This document shows positions 32,382-43,828 of a DNA stretch of 64,000 nucleotides, in pieces. The DNA is taken from contig CAVRXF010000020.1 in NCBI GenBank assembly GCA_963724925.1, positions 68,816-132,815 of the forward strand, given 5' to 3'. Origin of the DNA: an uncultured Actinomycetota bacterium (GTDB taxonomy: Bacteria; Actinomycetota; Actinomycetes; Actinomycetales; Dermatophilaceae). The position numbers and the translations under genes are program-made. Numbering within the stretch: position 1 is the stretch's first letter; each line of letters starts with the position of its first letter. Below the pieces are notes generated by a model. The model saw nothing but the letters and a program-made list of their open reading frames with translations. It was not told the origin of the DNA and ran no database searches.

Positions 32382-33803
32382 TCAACGCCGCCGCTCAGGT
32401 GTAGCATCGGCCGACGAACCATCGACCAGCCCGGTGGGCTTGCCCCGCTGGTAGAGCCAGGTGTGGAAGAACTGCCCGAGGTGCTGTCCGCTGACTCGCT
32501 CCGCGAGGGCGATGAACTGGGTGGTCGTTGCGTTGCCGTAACGGTGCTGGGAGTACCAGGTGCGCAGGACGGCGAAGAAGTCGTCGTCACCGATCCGCTC
32601 GCGCAGCGCCTGCAACGTCATGGCTCCCCGAATGTAGATCGTGCCGTCGAAGAGCAAGGCGGGACTGCGCGGGTGGCCAGGCGGCGGGTTCCAGAACGAG
32701 GTCTGCAGGGCCGGAGTGCTGGCGTAGTCCTTGAACTGCTGGGCGGCCGACGGGCCGCCGTGTCGCTCGGTCCAGATCCACTCCGACCACGTGGCGAACC
32801 CCTCGTGCAGCCAGATGTCGGGCCAGGTGCGCAGCGTGACAGCGTCACCGAACCACATGTGCGAGAGCTCGTGCAGCAGGGTCGCCTCGTCAGGTGCCTG
32901 GTCGAAGACTGGCTTGGTCTGCGTCTCGAGCGAGTAGCCGAGCTCGGGCGCGTCGTCGACGATCGCGCCGACCGTCTCGAACGGATACGGTCCGCACAGG
33001 CGCTCAAGGAAGGAAACCATCGCGGGCAGCTTGCGCAGCACGGCCGCCGAGGATGCCTGTCGGGGGTCCACCGCGACGTAGGTCGGGATCCCGCTGGCGG
33101 TGCTTCCCGTCGTCACATCGAAGCGCCCCAGGGTGATCGTGGCTAGATGGGGAGCCATCGGGTATGCCTCCCGCCAGGTGAACGTGTGGGTCCCGTTGGC
33201 AGTCGTGCGGCTCTGCAAGGACCCGTTGCCCACCGCCGTGAGCCCCTCCGGCACCGTCATCCGGACTGTGTAGGTCGCCTTGTCCTTGGGCGTGTCGTTG
33301 GCCGGATACCACCCCGGGGAACCTTGCGGCTCGCCGACGACGACGGCGCCGTCGGCGGTTGGCACCCAGCCCTCGCTCGAGCCGTCCGGGTCGATGACGG
33401 TCTGCGGCTGACCGGCGTAGGGGACGACTACGCAGAAGACGCTTCCGTCGCGGATCGTCTTCCTCGGCGAGATGATCATCTCCTGGCCGTCTCGGGCCAC
33501 CGAGGCCTGGGTCCCGTCGATCGTGACCGGTCCGAGGTCGAACCCGCGAAGGTCGAGGTCGAACCGGCTGAGGTTTTGGGTGGCCCGGATTGTCAGGGTC
33601 GCTGTTCCACTGAGCCTGCGGCTCGCGGGATCGTAGGCAAGGTCGAGGCGGTAGTTGATGACATCGATCCCGCCATTGCCGGCGAGCGGGAAGAACGGGT
33701 CACCGACGCCAGGCGCGCCCACGGTGTCGGCTGCCATGGCAGGTGCCGGGGCGGCGCCCAGAGTCAGCACGGTAGCGAGAAGTATCCAGACAGGTGCCCC
33801 CAC
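32382..33803 (-). CDS. secreted M1-family metallopeptidase (aminopeptidase N-like)
   Basis: HExxH-X18-E appears as HELSHMWFGD...WLHEGFATW. The signal peptide is MGAPVWILLATVLTLGAAPAPAMA. Confidence 0.85.
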   Translation of the reverse strand: MGAPVWILLATVLTLGAAPAPAMAADTVGAPGVGDPFFPLAGNGGIDVINYRLDLAYDPASRRLSGTATLTIRATQNLSRFDLDLRGFDLGPVTIDGTQASVARDGQEMIISPRKTIRDGSVFCVVVPYAGQPQTVIDPDGSSEGWVPTADGAVVVGEPQGSPGWYPANDTPKDKATYTVRMTVPEGLTAVGNGSLQSRTTANGTHTFTWREAYPMAPHLATITLGRFDVTTGSTASGIPTYVAVDPRQASSAAVLRKLPAMVSFLERLCGPYPFETVGAIVDDAPELGYSLETQTKPVFDQAPDEATLLHELSHMWFGDAVTLRTWPDIWLHEGFATWSEWIWTERHGGPSAAQQFKDYASTPALQTSFWNPPPGHPRSPALLFDGTIYIRGAMTLQALRERIGDDDFFAVLRTWYSQHRYGNATTTQFIALAERVSGQHLGQFFHTWLYQRGKPTGLVDGSSADATPERRR

Positions 33804-33830
33804 GTCGGCCTCCGATCGACAGCACCGATG

Positions 33831-35093
33831 TTAGTCCCGTCCAGTTCGGTGCGGCCGCAACTCCGCGGCCGGGATAGGCCGCTGCGTCGGTGAGCTCGGC
33901 AGGAGCATCCCGGCGTCGTGTCCGTAGATCCACTCGACTGCCTCGTGGGACCAGTCCGTGGTGCCGGTGGCCATATCGGCGTCGCGCTCCCGCTGCTGCG
34001 GTCCGTCTGGCAGGTGGAATCGGGCCTTGTTCTGCGCCGACAAGGCCTGTAGGCGGGCCGTCCGCGCAATCCGCAGCCGCTCGTAGCGCACCAGCGCGTC
34101 GCCGAGGTCGGTATGCCGTTCGGCGAGGCAGGCGGTCAGCGTGGCCGCGTCTTCGACGGCCTGGGCGGCGTTCTGCGCCATGAAGGGCAGCATCGCGTGG
34201 CAGGCGTCGCCCAGCAGCGTCACCCGGCCAATCGACCAGCGAGGCATCGGGGCCCGGTCCAGCAGCGCCCAGATGTAGACGTCGTCGACCGCCTCAAGAA
34301 CGCGCCGGACCTGCGGGTGCCAGCCCTCGAAGGCAGCCACCGCGTCGGCCGGGTTCCCCCGGTCGCTCCAGGACTCGCGGGTCCACGTCTCGCGCTCCAT
34401 GACCGCGACCACGTTGAGCAGCCGACCCCCGCTGACGAAGTAGTGCACGAGGTGCTTGCCCGGACCCATCCAGACCTGCGAGGTGGTTTCCAGGGCCAGG
34501 TCGCGCACCCGGTCCGCCGGGATAAGCGCACGCACGGCGGCGCATCCGGTGAAGCGCGGGGCTTGCGGGCCGAACAGCTGGGTGCGCACCGTCGAGTGGA
34601 TGCCGTCGGCACCGATGAGCACGTCGACGTCAAGCAGGTGCCCATCAGCGAACCGCACCTCCACCCGGTCGCCGTGGTCGACGAACGCGGCGAACCGACG
34701 GCCAACGTGCAGCCGCTTCGCGGGTAGGGCGCGAAGCAGGACCGCGAGCAGGTCGGCGCGACGCAGCTGGTAGTGCGGGAAGCCGAACCTGGCCTCCAAC
34801 GCGCCACCGAGGGGAGTCAGAAGCAAGGTGCGACCGTCGTCCCACCGGCGGTGATGCCACGCCAAGGACCTCACACCCACGTCCGCCAGCGCGTCGGCAA
34901 GCCCCAGCCGGTGCAGGATCCGGGACGCGTTCGGGGTCACCTGCAGTGCGGCCCCCACCTCCGCCAACGCGGGCGCCTGCTCGTAGACGTGCACGTCGAA
35001 GCCGGCATCGAGCAGGATCAGCGCGGCGGTGATCCCCCCGACCCCGGCCCCAATGACCGCGACCGAAGCCTTGGTGGGTCTGAGAGCGACCAT
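33831..35093 (-). CDS. FAD-dependent monooxygenase (salicylate hydroxylase-like)
   Basis: GxGxxG appears as VIGAGVGG and the FAD-binding motif as GDACHAMLPFMAQNAAQAVEDA. Start set to ATG 35093 inside a longer track ORF. Confidence 0.85.
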   Translation of the reverse strand: MVALRPTKASVAVIGAGVGGITAALILLDAGFDVHVYEQAPALAEVGAALQVTPNASRILHRLGLADALADVGVRSLAWHHRRWDDGRTLLLTPLGGALEARFGFPHYQLRRADLLAVLLRALPAKRLHVGRRFAAFVDHGDRVEVRFADGHLLDVDVLIGADGIHSTVRTQLFGPQAPRFTGCAAVRALIPADRVRDLALETTSQVWMGPGKHLVHYFVSGGRLLNVVAVMERETWTRESWSDRGNPADAVAAFEGWHPQVRRVLEAVDDVYIWALLDRAPMPRWSIGRVTLLGDACHAMLPFMAQNAAQAVEDAATLTACLAERHTDLGDALVRYERLRIARTARLQALSAQNKARFHLPDGPQQRERDADMATGTTDWSHEAVEWIYGHDAGMLLPSSPTQRPIPAAELRPHRTGRD

Positions 35094-35127
35094 CGGGAGA
35101 TTATCGCTGGCGGACCTGGCGGGGTCG

Positions 35128-35760
35128 CTAGCGCACCCCTGTCGGGCGGAACTGGACCGAGATCCTCGGGCCAACGGACTTGGCCGTCTTGGGGATCGCG
35201 TGCTCCCAGGTGCGCTGGCACGAGCCGCCCATGACGACGAGGTCGCCGTGGCCGAGGGCCACGCGTAGCGCAGCCGAACCGCCGCCGCGCGGGCGCAAGG
35301 CCAGCACGCGGGCCGACCCGAGCGAGAGGATGGCGACCATGGTGTCGTGCGTCGAGCCCCGACCGATCCGGTCGCCGTGCCACGCAACGCTGTCGCGCCC
35401 GTCCCGGTACAGGCACAGTCCCGCGGTGGTGAAGTCCTCGCCGAGCTCCTCCCGGTAGTGGGCGTTGAGCCGCTTGCGGGCCTCGTCGAGCAGCGCGACC
35501 GGCAGGGCCTCATCGGCACCGTAGAACCTGGTGAGCCGCGGGACGTCAACGACGTTGTCGTACATCTGACGCCGCTCGGCCTGCCACGGCACCACGTCGC
35601 GCAGCGCATCGAAGAGCACGTCGGAGCCGCTCAGCCACCCGGGGCGCACGTCGAGCCAGGCTCGATGGCTGAGCTGGCTCCGGACCACCGCATCGCCCAA
35701 CCGCCCCAGCAACGGCTCCTCGCCAAGGTCGAGCAGCGAGCCTTGGACCACTAAGGACAT
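35128..35760 (-). CDS. alkB: AlkB-like Fe(II)/2-oxoglutarate-dependent dioxygenase
   Basis: Contains VAWHGD...H in the HxD...H arrangement and RISVQFR at the C-terminus. Start set to ATG 35760. Confidence 0.78.
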   Translation of the reverse strand: MSLVVQGSLLDLGEEPLLGRLGDAVVRSQLSHRAWLDVRPGWLSGSDVLFDALRDVVPWQAERRQMYDNVVDVPRLTRFYGADEALPVALLDEARKRLNAHYREELGEDFTTAGLCLYRDGRDSVAWHGDRIGRGSTHDTMVAILSLGSARVLALRPRGGGSAALRVALGHGDLVVMGGSCQRTWEHAIPKTAKSVGPRISVQFRPTGVR

Positions 35761-35843
35761 GCGTCCCACGCTACCACGCTGTCGAACAACCGTTCGGGCA
35801 TGAGCGGCAGCCAGGTGATCGACCACTGGGCCCGCCAGGCACA

Positions 35844-36643
35844 ATGGGCCTCGTGCCGCTCTACCGTGACGAGGCGGTCGTCCTGCGCACCCACAAGCTG
35901 GGGGAGGCCGACCGGATCATCACGGTGCTGACCCGCACCCGCGGCAAGGTGCGCGCCGTCGCCAAGGGGGTGCGCCGCACCGGATCGCGGTTCGGCGCTC
36001 GGCTCGAGCCGTTCATGGTGATCGACCTGCAGTGCTACGAGGGGCGCAACCTCGACACGGTGACCCAGGCCGAGACGCTGGCTCCGCACGGCGACGCGAT
36101 CTGCCGCGACTACTCCGCATACACCGCCGCGACAGCCGTCGTCGAGACCTGCGACCGGCTCACCGAGGAGCACGAGCCCTCGACCCAGCAGTACCTCCTG
36201 CTCGCCGGTGCCCTGGCCGCACTCGTCGCCCGCGAGCACGAGCCGGGGCTGGTCCTGGACGCCTACCTGCTGCGCTCGCTCGCCGTTGCCGGGCTGGGCG
36301 CCAAGCTTCCACGACTGCGCGAAGTGCGGCGCGCCCGGTCCGCACCCGTGCGTTCAACATCGCCGCAGGAGGGGTGGTCTGTCCGGTATGCCGTCCGCCC
36401 GGCTGCGCGGCTCCGGCGCCGGCCACTCTCGAGCTGCTCGCGGCGCTGCTATCCGGGGACTGGGCGGTTGCCGATGCCAGCGATCCGGTCGAGCGGCGCG
36501 AGGGCAGTGGGCTGGTCGCGGCATTCCTGCAGTGGCACCTCGAGCGCGGGGTGCGCTCCCTGCGCCATGTGGAACGGACCCGCGCTGGGGAACGGACCCG
36601 CGCCGTGGAACGGACCGGCCCGATCGAACGGAACCCCGCGTGA
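35844..36643 (+). pseudogene. recO: DNA repair protein RecO, two +1 frameshifts as given
   Basis: The N-terminal OB fold is in frame 0 up to ...[25 protein letters not shown] follows in frame +1. [19 protein letters not shown]...[13 protein letters not shown] follows in frame +2. The breaks fall in the GGG run at 36291-36293 and the CCC run at 36345-36347. Confidence 0.85.
36569..36640 (+). repeat. 4 x 18-bp tandem repeat at the 3' end of recO (hexapeptide V/G-E-R-T-R-A units)
   Basis: GTGGAACGGACCCGCGCT, GGGGAACGGACCCGCGCC, GTGGAACGGACCGGCCCG and ATCGAACGGAACCCCGCG lie head to tail. Confidence 0.85.
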
Positions 36644-37423
36644 CGGCATACCAGCGCCCCTTCCCGCACCCGTCCGGAGCGACGCCCCCGACGCTGCCGG
36701 CCGAGCTGGTCCCGGGCCACGTCGCCGTCGTCATGGACGGCAACGGCCGCTGGGCGAACGCCCGCGGACTGCCCAGAACGAAGGGCCATGAGGCCGGCGA
36801 GGCGGCGTTGCTCGACGTCGTCGCCGGTGCCATCGAGATCGGCGTCCAGCCACCTGTCGGCATACGCGTTCTCCACGGAGAACTGGCGCCGCTCGCCCGA
36901 CGAGGTGCGCTTCCTCATGGGCTTCAACCGCGACGTGATCCGCCGTCGCCGGGACCAGCTGCACTCGTGGGGCGTGCGGATGCGCTGGGTGGGCCGGCGG
37001 CCGCGACTGTGGCGTTCGGTAATCCACGAGCTGGAGGTCGCCCAGGAGCTGACCCGGCACAACACCGGGCTGACCCTGCATTTCTGCGTGAACTACGGTG
37101 GCCGCGCCGAGATCGCCGACGCGGTGCAGCGGATCGCCGAGCAGGTCGAAGCCGGGCGGCTCTCGCCGCGGGCCATCGACGAGCGCACCATCGCCCGGCA
37201 CCTGGACGACCCGACCATGCCCGACGTCGACCTGTTCGTCCGCTCATCGGGAGAGCAGCGCACATCGAACTTCCTGCTCTGGCAGTCGGCCTACGCCGAG
37301 CTGGTCTTCCTCGACACGCTGTGGCCGGACTTCGACCGACGCCACCTGTGGGCTGCGATCGAGACGTATGCCGCGCGCGACCGCCGCTACGGCGGGGCGG
37401 TCGACCGCGCTCGCCGGCCCTGA
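36640..37423 (+). pseudogene. uppS: isoprenyl transferase (undecaprenyl/decaprenyl diphosphate synthase), one +1 frameshift as given
   Basis: [13 protein letters not shown]...[21 protein letters not shown] is in one frame. [19 protein letters not shown]...NYGGRAEI...[14 protein letters not shown] is in the +1 frame. The break is at CC 36850-36851. The GTG start overlaps the recO stop (GTGA). Confidence 0.88.
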
Positions 37424-37471
37424 CGGGCTCGCTCCAACCCAGGGCGGTCTGCTCGGGCTTACGTCCAACGG

Positions 37472-37864
37472 CTAGCCGGCGCAGTCGCCGCAGGTGCCGA
37501 CGATCTCCACGGTGTGCGCGACGTCGCGGAACCCGTGGTGGCGGCTCACTCGGTCGGCCCAAGCCTCCACGGCCGGACCTTCGACCTCCACCGTGCGCCG
37601 GCAGGACCGGCATACCAGGTGGTGATGGTGCCCCGTGCTGCACCGCCGGTAGGCGGCCTCACCGTCTGGCCCCCGGAGCACGTCGACCTCGCCGTCCGAT
37701 GCCAAGGCCTGCAGGGTGCGGTAGACGGTGGCGAGGCCGATCGGGTTGCCGCTCAGGCGAAGCCGGGCATGCAGGTCCTGGGCAGAGGTGAAGTCCTCGG
37801 TGCGCTCGAGCAGGTCGGCGACGGCCGCCCGCTGGCGGGTAAGCCGGCGCTCGGGCTCGGGCAT
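37472..37864 (-). CDS. zur: Fur-family zinc uptake regulator
   Basis: Fur fold with HHHLVCRSC and CGDC metal sites. It is the last gene of the znuACB-zur transcription unit. Confidence 0.85.
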   Translation of the reverse strand: MPEPERRLTRQRAAVADLLERTEDFTSAQDLHARLRLSGNPIGLATVYRTLQALASDGEVDVLRGPDGEAAYRRCSTGHHHHLVCRSCRRTVEVEGPAVEAWADRVSRHHGFRDVAHTVEIVGTCGDCAG

Positions 37865-38850
37865 CAGTGCGCCTCTCCGGTGCCCGAGTGGGCGTGTTCG
37901 TCGTAGTGGCCCTCGTGTGGGGCGTGCCGGTGGCCGTCGTGCAGGTAGTCGACGTGGCCGTCATGCCAGACCGCCTCGTGCCCGCATTCGGGGCCGTGCT
38001 CGTGCGGGTGGCGTTCGGCCTCCCGGTGACCGGGTCGGCGGATCCGGTCGAGGAGGGCCTGCGACACCGCGACGACCAGGAAGATCACGATCGACAGGCA
38101 CACGATCGTGCCGCCTGACGGGGTGTCGGCGAAGTAGGACAGCACCACCCCGCCGACGGCGCTCACCAGCGCGATCGCGACCGCCCACCGCAGCGCAGTC
38201 CGGAAGCTGCTCGCGACCAGCTGCGCCGCGGCGTTCGGCACGATCATCAGCGCTGAGATGAGCAGCAGCCCCACGATTCGCATCGACACCACGACCGTCA
38301 CCGCCGTGAGCACCGCGAGGGTGATGTTGAGCGGCAGCACCGGCAGCCCGACCGCCCTGGCGTACTCCTCGTCGTTGGCCACGGCGAAGAGCCGCTCGCG
38401 CAACAGCAGCACGGTTCCCAGGACCACCGCGGCGAGCGCCCCGAAGACCCACAGGTCGCCCGGCTGCACCGTGGTGATGGCCCCGAACAGGTATGCTGTG
38501 AGGCTGGCGGAAGCGGTGCGGGGCGCCTTGGCCAAGATGACGACGCCCGCGGCGATGCCGCCGTAGAAGATGATGGCGAGCGCGACGTCCCCTGAGGTGC
38601 CGCCCTTGGCACGGACCAGCTCGATAAGCACCGCCGCGACCACCGCGACGACGAGCGCGGTGAGGACCGGGGCGGAGCCGGTGGCTACCCCGATCGCGAC
38701 CCCGGTGAGAGCGACGTGGCCCATGCCGTCGCCGATGAGCGCCAGGCGCCGCTGCAGCAGGAAGATGCCCACCATCGGGGCCGCCAGCCCGACGAGCACG
38801 GCGGCGATGAGGGCCCGCTGCATGAAGTCCAGGCCGAGCAGCTCGCTCAT
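37864..38850 (-). CDS. znuB: metal (Zn/Mn) ABC transporter permease with His-rich C-terminal tail
   Basis: ABC-3 family permease. Roughly 55 extra C-terminal residues carry many His (HREAERHPHEHGPECGHEAVWHDGHVDYLHDGHRHAPHEGHYDEHAH). Confidence 0.88.
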   Translation of the reverse strand: MSELLGLDFMQRALIAAVLVGLAAPMVGIFLLQRRLALIGDGMGHVALTGVAIGVATGSAPVLTALVVAVVAAVLIELVRAKGGTSGDVALAIIFYGGIAAGVVILAKAPRTASASLTAYLFGAITTVQPGDLWVFGALAAVVLGTVLLLRERLFAVANDEEYARAVGLPVLPLNITLAVLTAVTVVVSMRIVGLLLISALMIVPNAAAQLVASSFRTALRWAVAIALVSAVGGVVLSYFADTPSGGTIVCLSIVIFLVVAVSQALLDRIRRPGHREAERHPHEHGPECGHEAVWHDGHVDYLHDGHRHAPHEGHYDEHAHSGTGEAH

Positions 38851-39659
38851 GGAGCCCCCTCCCGATCGAGCGGACCGCTCGGCGCCAACGGCCGAGACCG
38901 GTCCGCAAGCTCGTCGTCATGGTGGTGGCTGTGGTGCTCGTGCAGAAGGCTGTCCGCGCCGGCGAGGAAGACCTCGCGGGGGCCGTCGAAGCTGACCCGC
39001 CCCTCGTCGACGACGACCACCCGGGTCACCAGCTCGGTGATCGGCCCCATCTCGTGCGTGACGACCAGCATGGTCACGCCCTCGCCGACCAGCCGGGCCA
39101 GGACTTCGGCGAGCCCGTGCTGGGCCCGCGCGTCGACCCCAGCCGTCGGCTCGTCCATCACCAGCACGTCCGGCTCGCCGGCCAGGGCACGGGCGATGAG
39201 CACCCGACGCTGCTGCCCACCGGAGAGCTTGGCAACGTCGGTGCTGGCCCGGTCGGCCATCCCCACGACCTCGAGCGCGCGCGAGACGGCGGCCCGGTCG
39301 GCCGCGCGGCTGGGGCGCCACAGGCCGCGCCGCGAGAGCCGTCCGCACGCGACGACCTCCTCGACGGTTGCGCGCACCGACCCGGAGAGGGTGTGCCGTT
39401 GCGGCACGTACCCGATCCGATGGTGCTCGTGGAAGTCGTCGGCCGGGACGCCGAACAGCTCGACCTGGCCGCTGCGTTCGCAGATCCCGAGCAGGCCCTT
39501 GACGAGGGTGGACTTGCCCGACCCGTTCGGCCCGAGCACGGCGAGCACCTCCGACGGGTGGACCTCGAGGTCGACGTCGAGCAGGACGGTGCGGTCGGCA
39601 TACCCGAACGACGCCTGCTGCACCGAGATGACCGGTCCGTTCGTCGGGCGCGCCGTCAC
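38847..39659 (-). CDS. znuC: metal ABC transporter ATP-binding protein with His-rich C-terminus
   Basis: Walker A is GPNGSGKST, the signature is LSGGQQRR and Walker B is VLVMDEPT. The C-terminus reads LLHEHHSHHHDDE. Confidence 0.9.
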   Translation of the reverse strand: MTARPTNGPVISVQQASFGYADRTVLLDVDLEVHPSEVLAVLGPNGSGKSTLVKGLLGICERSGQVELFGVPADDFHEHHRIGYVPQRHTLSGSVRATVEEVVACGRLSRRGLWRPSRAADRAAVSRALEVVGMADRASTDVAKLSGGQQRRVLIARALAGEPDVLVMDEPTAGVDARAQHGLAEVLARLVGEGVTMLVVTHEMGPITELVTRVVVVDEGRVSFDGPREVFLAGADSLLHEHHSHHHDDELADRSRPLAPSGPLDREGAP

Positions 39660-40597
39660 GAGCAGCCTTGTCCCGCACGCAGGGCCGCCAGGTTGGCACG
39701 CATGATCTCGGGGTAGCTCGAGCCGGCTGAGCTGGCCGTAACGCCCTCCACCGGGTCGAGCACGGCAAGCGTGGCCCCGGTGCTCGTCGCTATCGTCTGG
39801 GCGTACTTGGTATCGACGAGCGTCTCGGCGTAGATCGTCGTTGCCTTGGCGGCCCGGACCGTCGCGGTGACGTCGGCGAGCGCCTTTGCCGACGGCTCCT
39901 GGTCCGGGCTCAGCCCGGCGATCGGCACCTGGGTGAAGCCGTAGCGGCCCGCCAGGTAGCCGAAGGCTGCGTGGCTGGTCACCAGCTGGCGGTTCGCGCA
40001 GGAGGCGAGCCCGGTGCGGTATGCCGTGTCGAGGTCGCCGAGCTCGGTCGCGAGCGCCGCCGCGTTGGCCCGGAAGTCCGCAGCATGCGGCGGGTCGAGC
40101 TGGGCAAGACGCTCGCCGATCGCAGTTGCGACCGTGCTCAGACGCTGGGGGTCCAGCCAGAAGTGCAGGTCCCGGCCGGCGTCCTCGCCGGCCGGGGCAC
40201 CAGCGGCCCGGGTGAGGTCGAGGTTGGCCACCGTCGCCACGTCGAAGCCGGTGGCGCTGGCCTGCGCCGCGACTGCGGTGTCGACCGCCGGTTGCAGCCC
40301 GCCGAGATAGACGACCAGCGCTGCGCGACGCAGCCCTGCGACGTCCTGGGAGGTCAGCTCGAGGTCATGCGGCTCGACGCCTGGCTTGGTCAGCGTGTTG
40401 ACGGCCAGGTGGTCGCCGCCGACCTTGGTCAGCGCGTATTCGAGCGGGTAGAACGACGCGGTTGCGTTCAGGCGGCCGTCCGACCCGGCAGCCGTGCTGC
40501 CTGCCGGGGGCGGCCCGCCCGCACCCGAGCAAGCGGCCAGCACAAGCGCAGCCCAGCCGGCCAGGGCAAGGCGCAGCAGGGTGGCTCGACACGGCAT
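39656..40597 (-). CDS. znuA: metal ABC transporter substrate-binding lipoprotein
   Basis: Lipobox is LAACSG and the protein has the ZnuA/TroA cluster-9 fold pattern. It is the first gene of the operon. Confidence 0.88.
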   Translation of the reverse strand: MPCRATLLRLALAGWAALVLAACSGAGGPPPAGSTAAGSDGRLNATASFYPLEYALTKVGGDHLAVNTLTKPGVEPHDLELTSQDVAGLRRAALVVYLGGLQPAVDTAVAAQASATGFDVATVANLDLTRAAGAPAGEDAGRDLHFWLDPQRLSTVATAIGERLAQLDPPHAADFRANAAALATELGDLDTAYRTGLASCANRQLVTSHAAFGYLAGRYGFTQVPIAGLSPDQEPSAKALADVTATVRAAKATTIYAETLVDTKYAQTIATSTGATLAVLDPVEGVTASSAGSSYPEIMRANLAALRAGQGCS

Positions 40598-40616
40598 ACC
40601 GCGATGGTGAAGTAAA

Positions 40617-40631
40617 TGAGAATCATTGTCA
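40617..40631. promoter_or_regulatory. Zur box candidate upstream of znuA
   Basis: AT-rich palindrome TGAGAATCATTGTCA (12/15 self-complementary) lies 20 nt upstream of the znuA start codon. It resembles actinobacterial Zur operators of the TGAAAATCATTTTCA type. Confidence 0.7.
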
Positions 40632-40647
40632 ACTAGTGCACCGGTCC

Positions 40648-40932
40648 TCAGCGTGGGAAGGCCTGCACGACCGCCACTGCGACGAGGAGGAAGAGAACCG
40701 CGATGCGCATCATCCGCTCGGGCAGCGTGAGCCGAGGCCAGGTGAGGAACAGCAGCCAGAAGACGAACAACGCGACGACGAGGGTGAACATGAACCCGAT
40801 ACGCGGCACGAGCACGCCAGCGACCATGAGAGCCAGCACGGCGAGGAAGGCCGCGACGCGGGGCACCCGGCTCAGGCGGGCGACCAGCGGGACCGACGCG
40901 TGCTCGACCCGAGACCGGAACGACATGCTCAC
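40648..40932 (-). CDS. small integral membrane protein, unknown function
   Basis: 94 aa with three predicted hydrophobic helices; no motif recognised. Confidence 0.55.
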   Translation of the reverse strand: MSMSFRSRVEHASVPLVARLSRVPRVAAFLAVLALMVAGVLVPRIGFMFTLVVALFVFWLLFLTWPRLTLPERMMRIAVLFLLVAVAVVQAFPR

Positions 40933-40965
40933 AGCCAGCAGGCTACGGGACGTTAGCCTTGCCCC

Positions 40966-42360
<1,395 letters not shown>

Positions 42361-42415
42361 GACAATCAGAAGTGGCCCTGATGGCGCACTCGGGTCCTCG
42401 CGACTGAGACGGCCC

Positions 42416-42925
42416 ATGCCTCTGTGGAGTCGACTGGCGGACCTGCCGCGCGACCGCCTCGCCGAGCAGGTGAGCGCGGCGTCCTACGGCACCATCCTGG
42501 TGCTCGCCGCGCTGCCGTTGATCAGTGCGGTCGAGGTGGCCTCCGGATGGGGCTGGGAGCTGGTCACCGGCGTGGGACTGGCGACGTGGGTGGCCCACCT
42601 GTATGCCGAGGTGGTCGGAGACCGCATGCGCACGGACGCGGCCCCGGACCGCATGGAGCTGCGCCGGGCCATGCTAGACGGCCTGCCGATCCTGCTTGCT
42701 GCGTTGCCTCCGGCAGCCATCCTGCTGGTCGGGCGCCTCGGGGTGCTCGACCCTCGGCTGGCAGTGTGGTTGGCCGTCGCCGTCGCCATCCTGCAGCTCG
42801 TCGGCCTCGGCGCGTTCGTGGGATGGGCCGTTTCCCCGCGTGGTCCAGGAGCATGGTGGTATGCGGGGGTAACCGCCGCCATCGGCCTAGCCGTCGTTAC
42901 GCTCAAACTGCGCCTCGGCCACTGA
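42416..42925 (+). CDS. integral membrane protein, unknown function
   Basis: 169 aa with about five hydrophobic segments and GC3-rich codon usage. Confidence 0.55.
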   Translation: MPLWSRLADLPRDRLAEQVSAASYGTILVLAALPLISAVEVASGWGWELVTGVGLATWVAHLYAEVVGDRMRTDAAPDRMELRRAMLDGLPILLAALPPAAILLVGRLGVLDPRLAVWLAVAVAILQLVGLGAFVGWAVSPRGPGAWWYAGVTAAIGLAVVTLKLRLGH

Positions 42926-42946
42926 CCGACGCGGAATACTGGTCCC

Positions 42947-43828
42947 ATGCCCCGCCAGCCGTTGCCTCCCCTCACGCCCGGCTGGGTCATCGTCGACGGC
43001 TTGCCGGTCTTTCACCGGGTCCACACGGAGGCCGGCGACGACGGCACGCCGATCGTGCACGTGCACGGGTTCGGCATCTCCGGGACCTACCTCGAGCCGA
43101 CGGCCGCGCTGCTCGCGCCGCGCCACCGCACGTTCGTCCCAGACCTGCCCGGGATGGGACGAAGCGTGCGGCCCGAGCGCGGGCTCGACCTGCCTGGGCT
43201 GGCCCGGGCACTGGTGTCCTACCTCGACGCTGTCGAGATCGATCGAGCCACGTTTGTGGGCAACTCCCTTGGCTGTCCGATCATCGTGGAAGTGGCCACC
43301 ACGTTTCCCGATCGCATCGACCGTGCGGTGCTGGTCTCGCCAGCTGGGGGACCCAACAACATCCCGTTGCCGCGGGCGCTGCGGCAGATGGCCATGGACG
43401 GGCTTCGTGAGCCGCCGTCGATGGTGCCGATCGCCACGCGCGACTACCTTCGGTTCGGCGTGCTGCAGAGCCTGTCCCTGTTCCGCGCGATGACGCGCTA
43501 CCCGACGCTCGAGCGCCTGCACAACCTGGTGGCGCCGACGCTCGTGATCGCGGGAGACCGCGACCCGCTGGTGAACATCGGCCGGGTGTTCGTCCTCAAT
43601 GCGCTGCCCCACGTGCAGGCCGTCAAGGTGCACGGGGCGCACGCCCTGAACTACAGCGCACCCGACCTGATCGCCCACCTCGTGGAGGCGCACGTCAGCG
43701 GTCGGCCGCTTGTCACGGCGGGGCCGGAGGGCACTTTCGAGGTTGTTCCGATCCCGCCACACCTGGTGGCCGCGGGCCAGACGGTAGAGGCCGGAGTCGG
43801 TATGCCGTCCGCCGACCCGCCGCGGTGA
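42947..43828 (+). CDS. alpha/beta hydrolase
   Basis: Contains HGFGISG, with the nucleophile elbow GNSLG. Confidence 0.8.
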   Translation: MPRQPLPPLTPGWVIVDGLPVFHRVHTEAGDDGTPIVHVHGFGISGTYLEPTAALLAPRHRTFVPDLPGMGRSVRPERGLDLPGLARALVSYLDAVEIDRATFVGNSLGCPIIVEVATTFPDRIDRAVLVSPAGGPNNIPLPRALRQMAMDGLREPPSMVPIATRDYLRFGVLQSLSLFRAMTRYPTLERLHNLVAPTLVIAGDRDPLVNIGRVFVLNALPHVQAVKVHGAHALNYSAPDLIAHLVEAHVSGRPLVTAGPEGTFEVVPIPPHLVAAGQTVEAGVGMPSADPPR

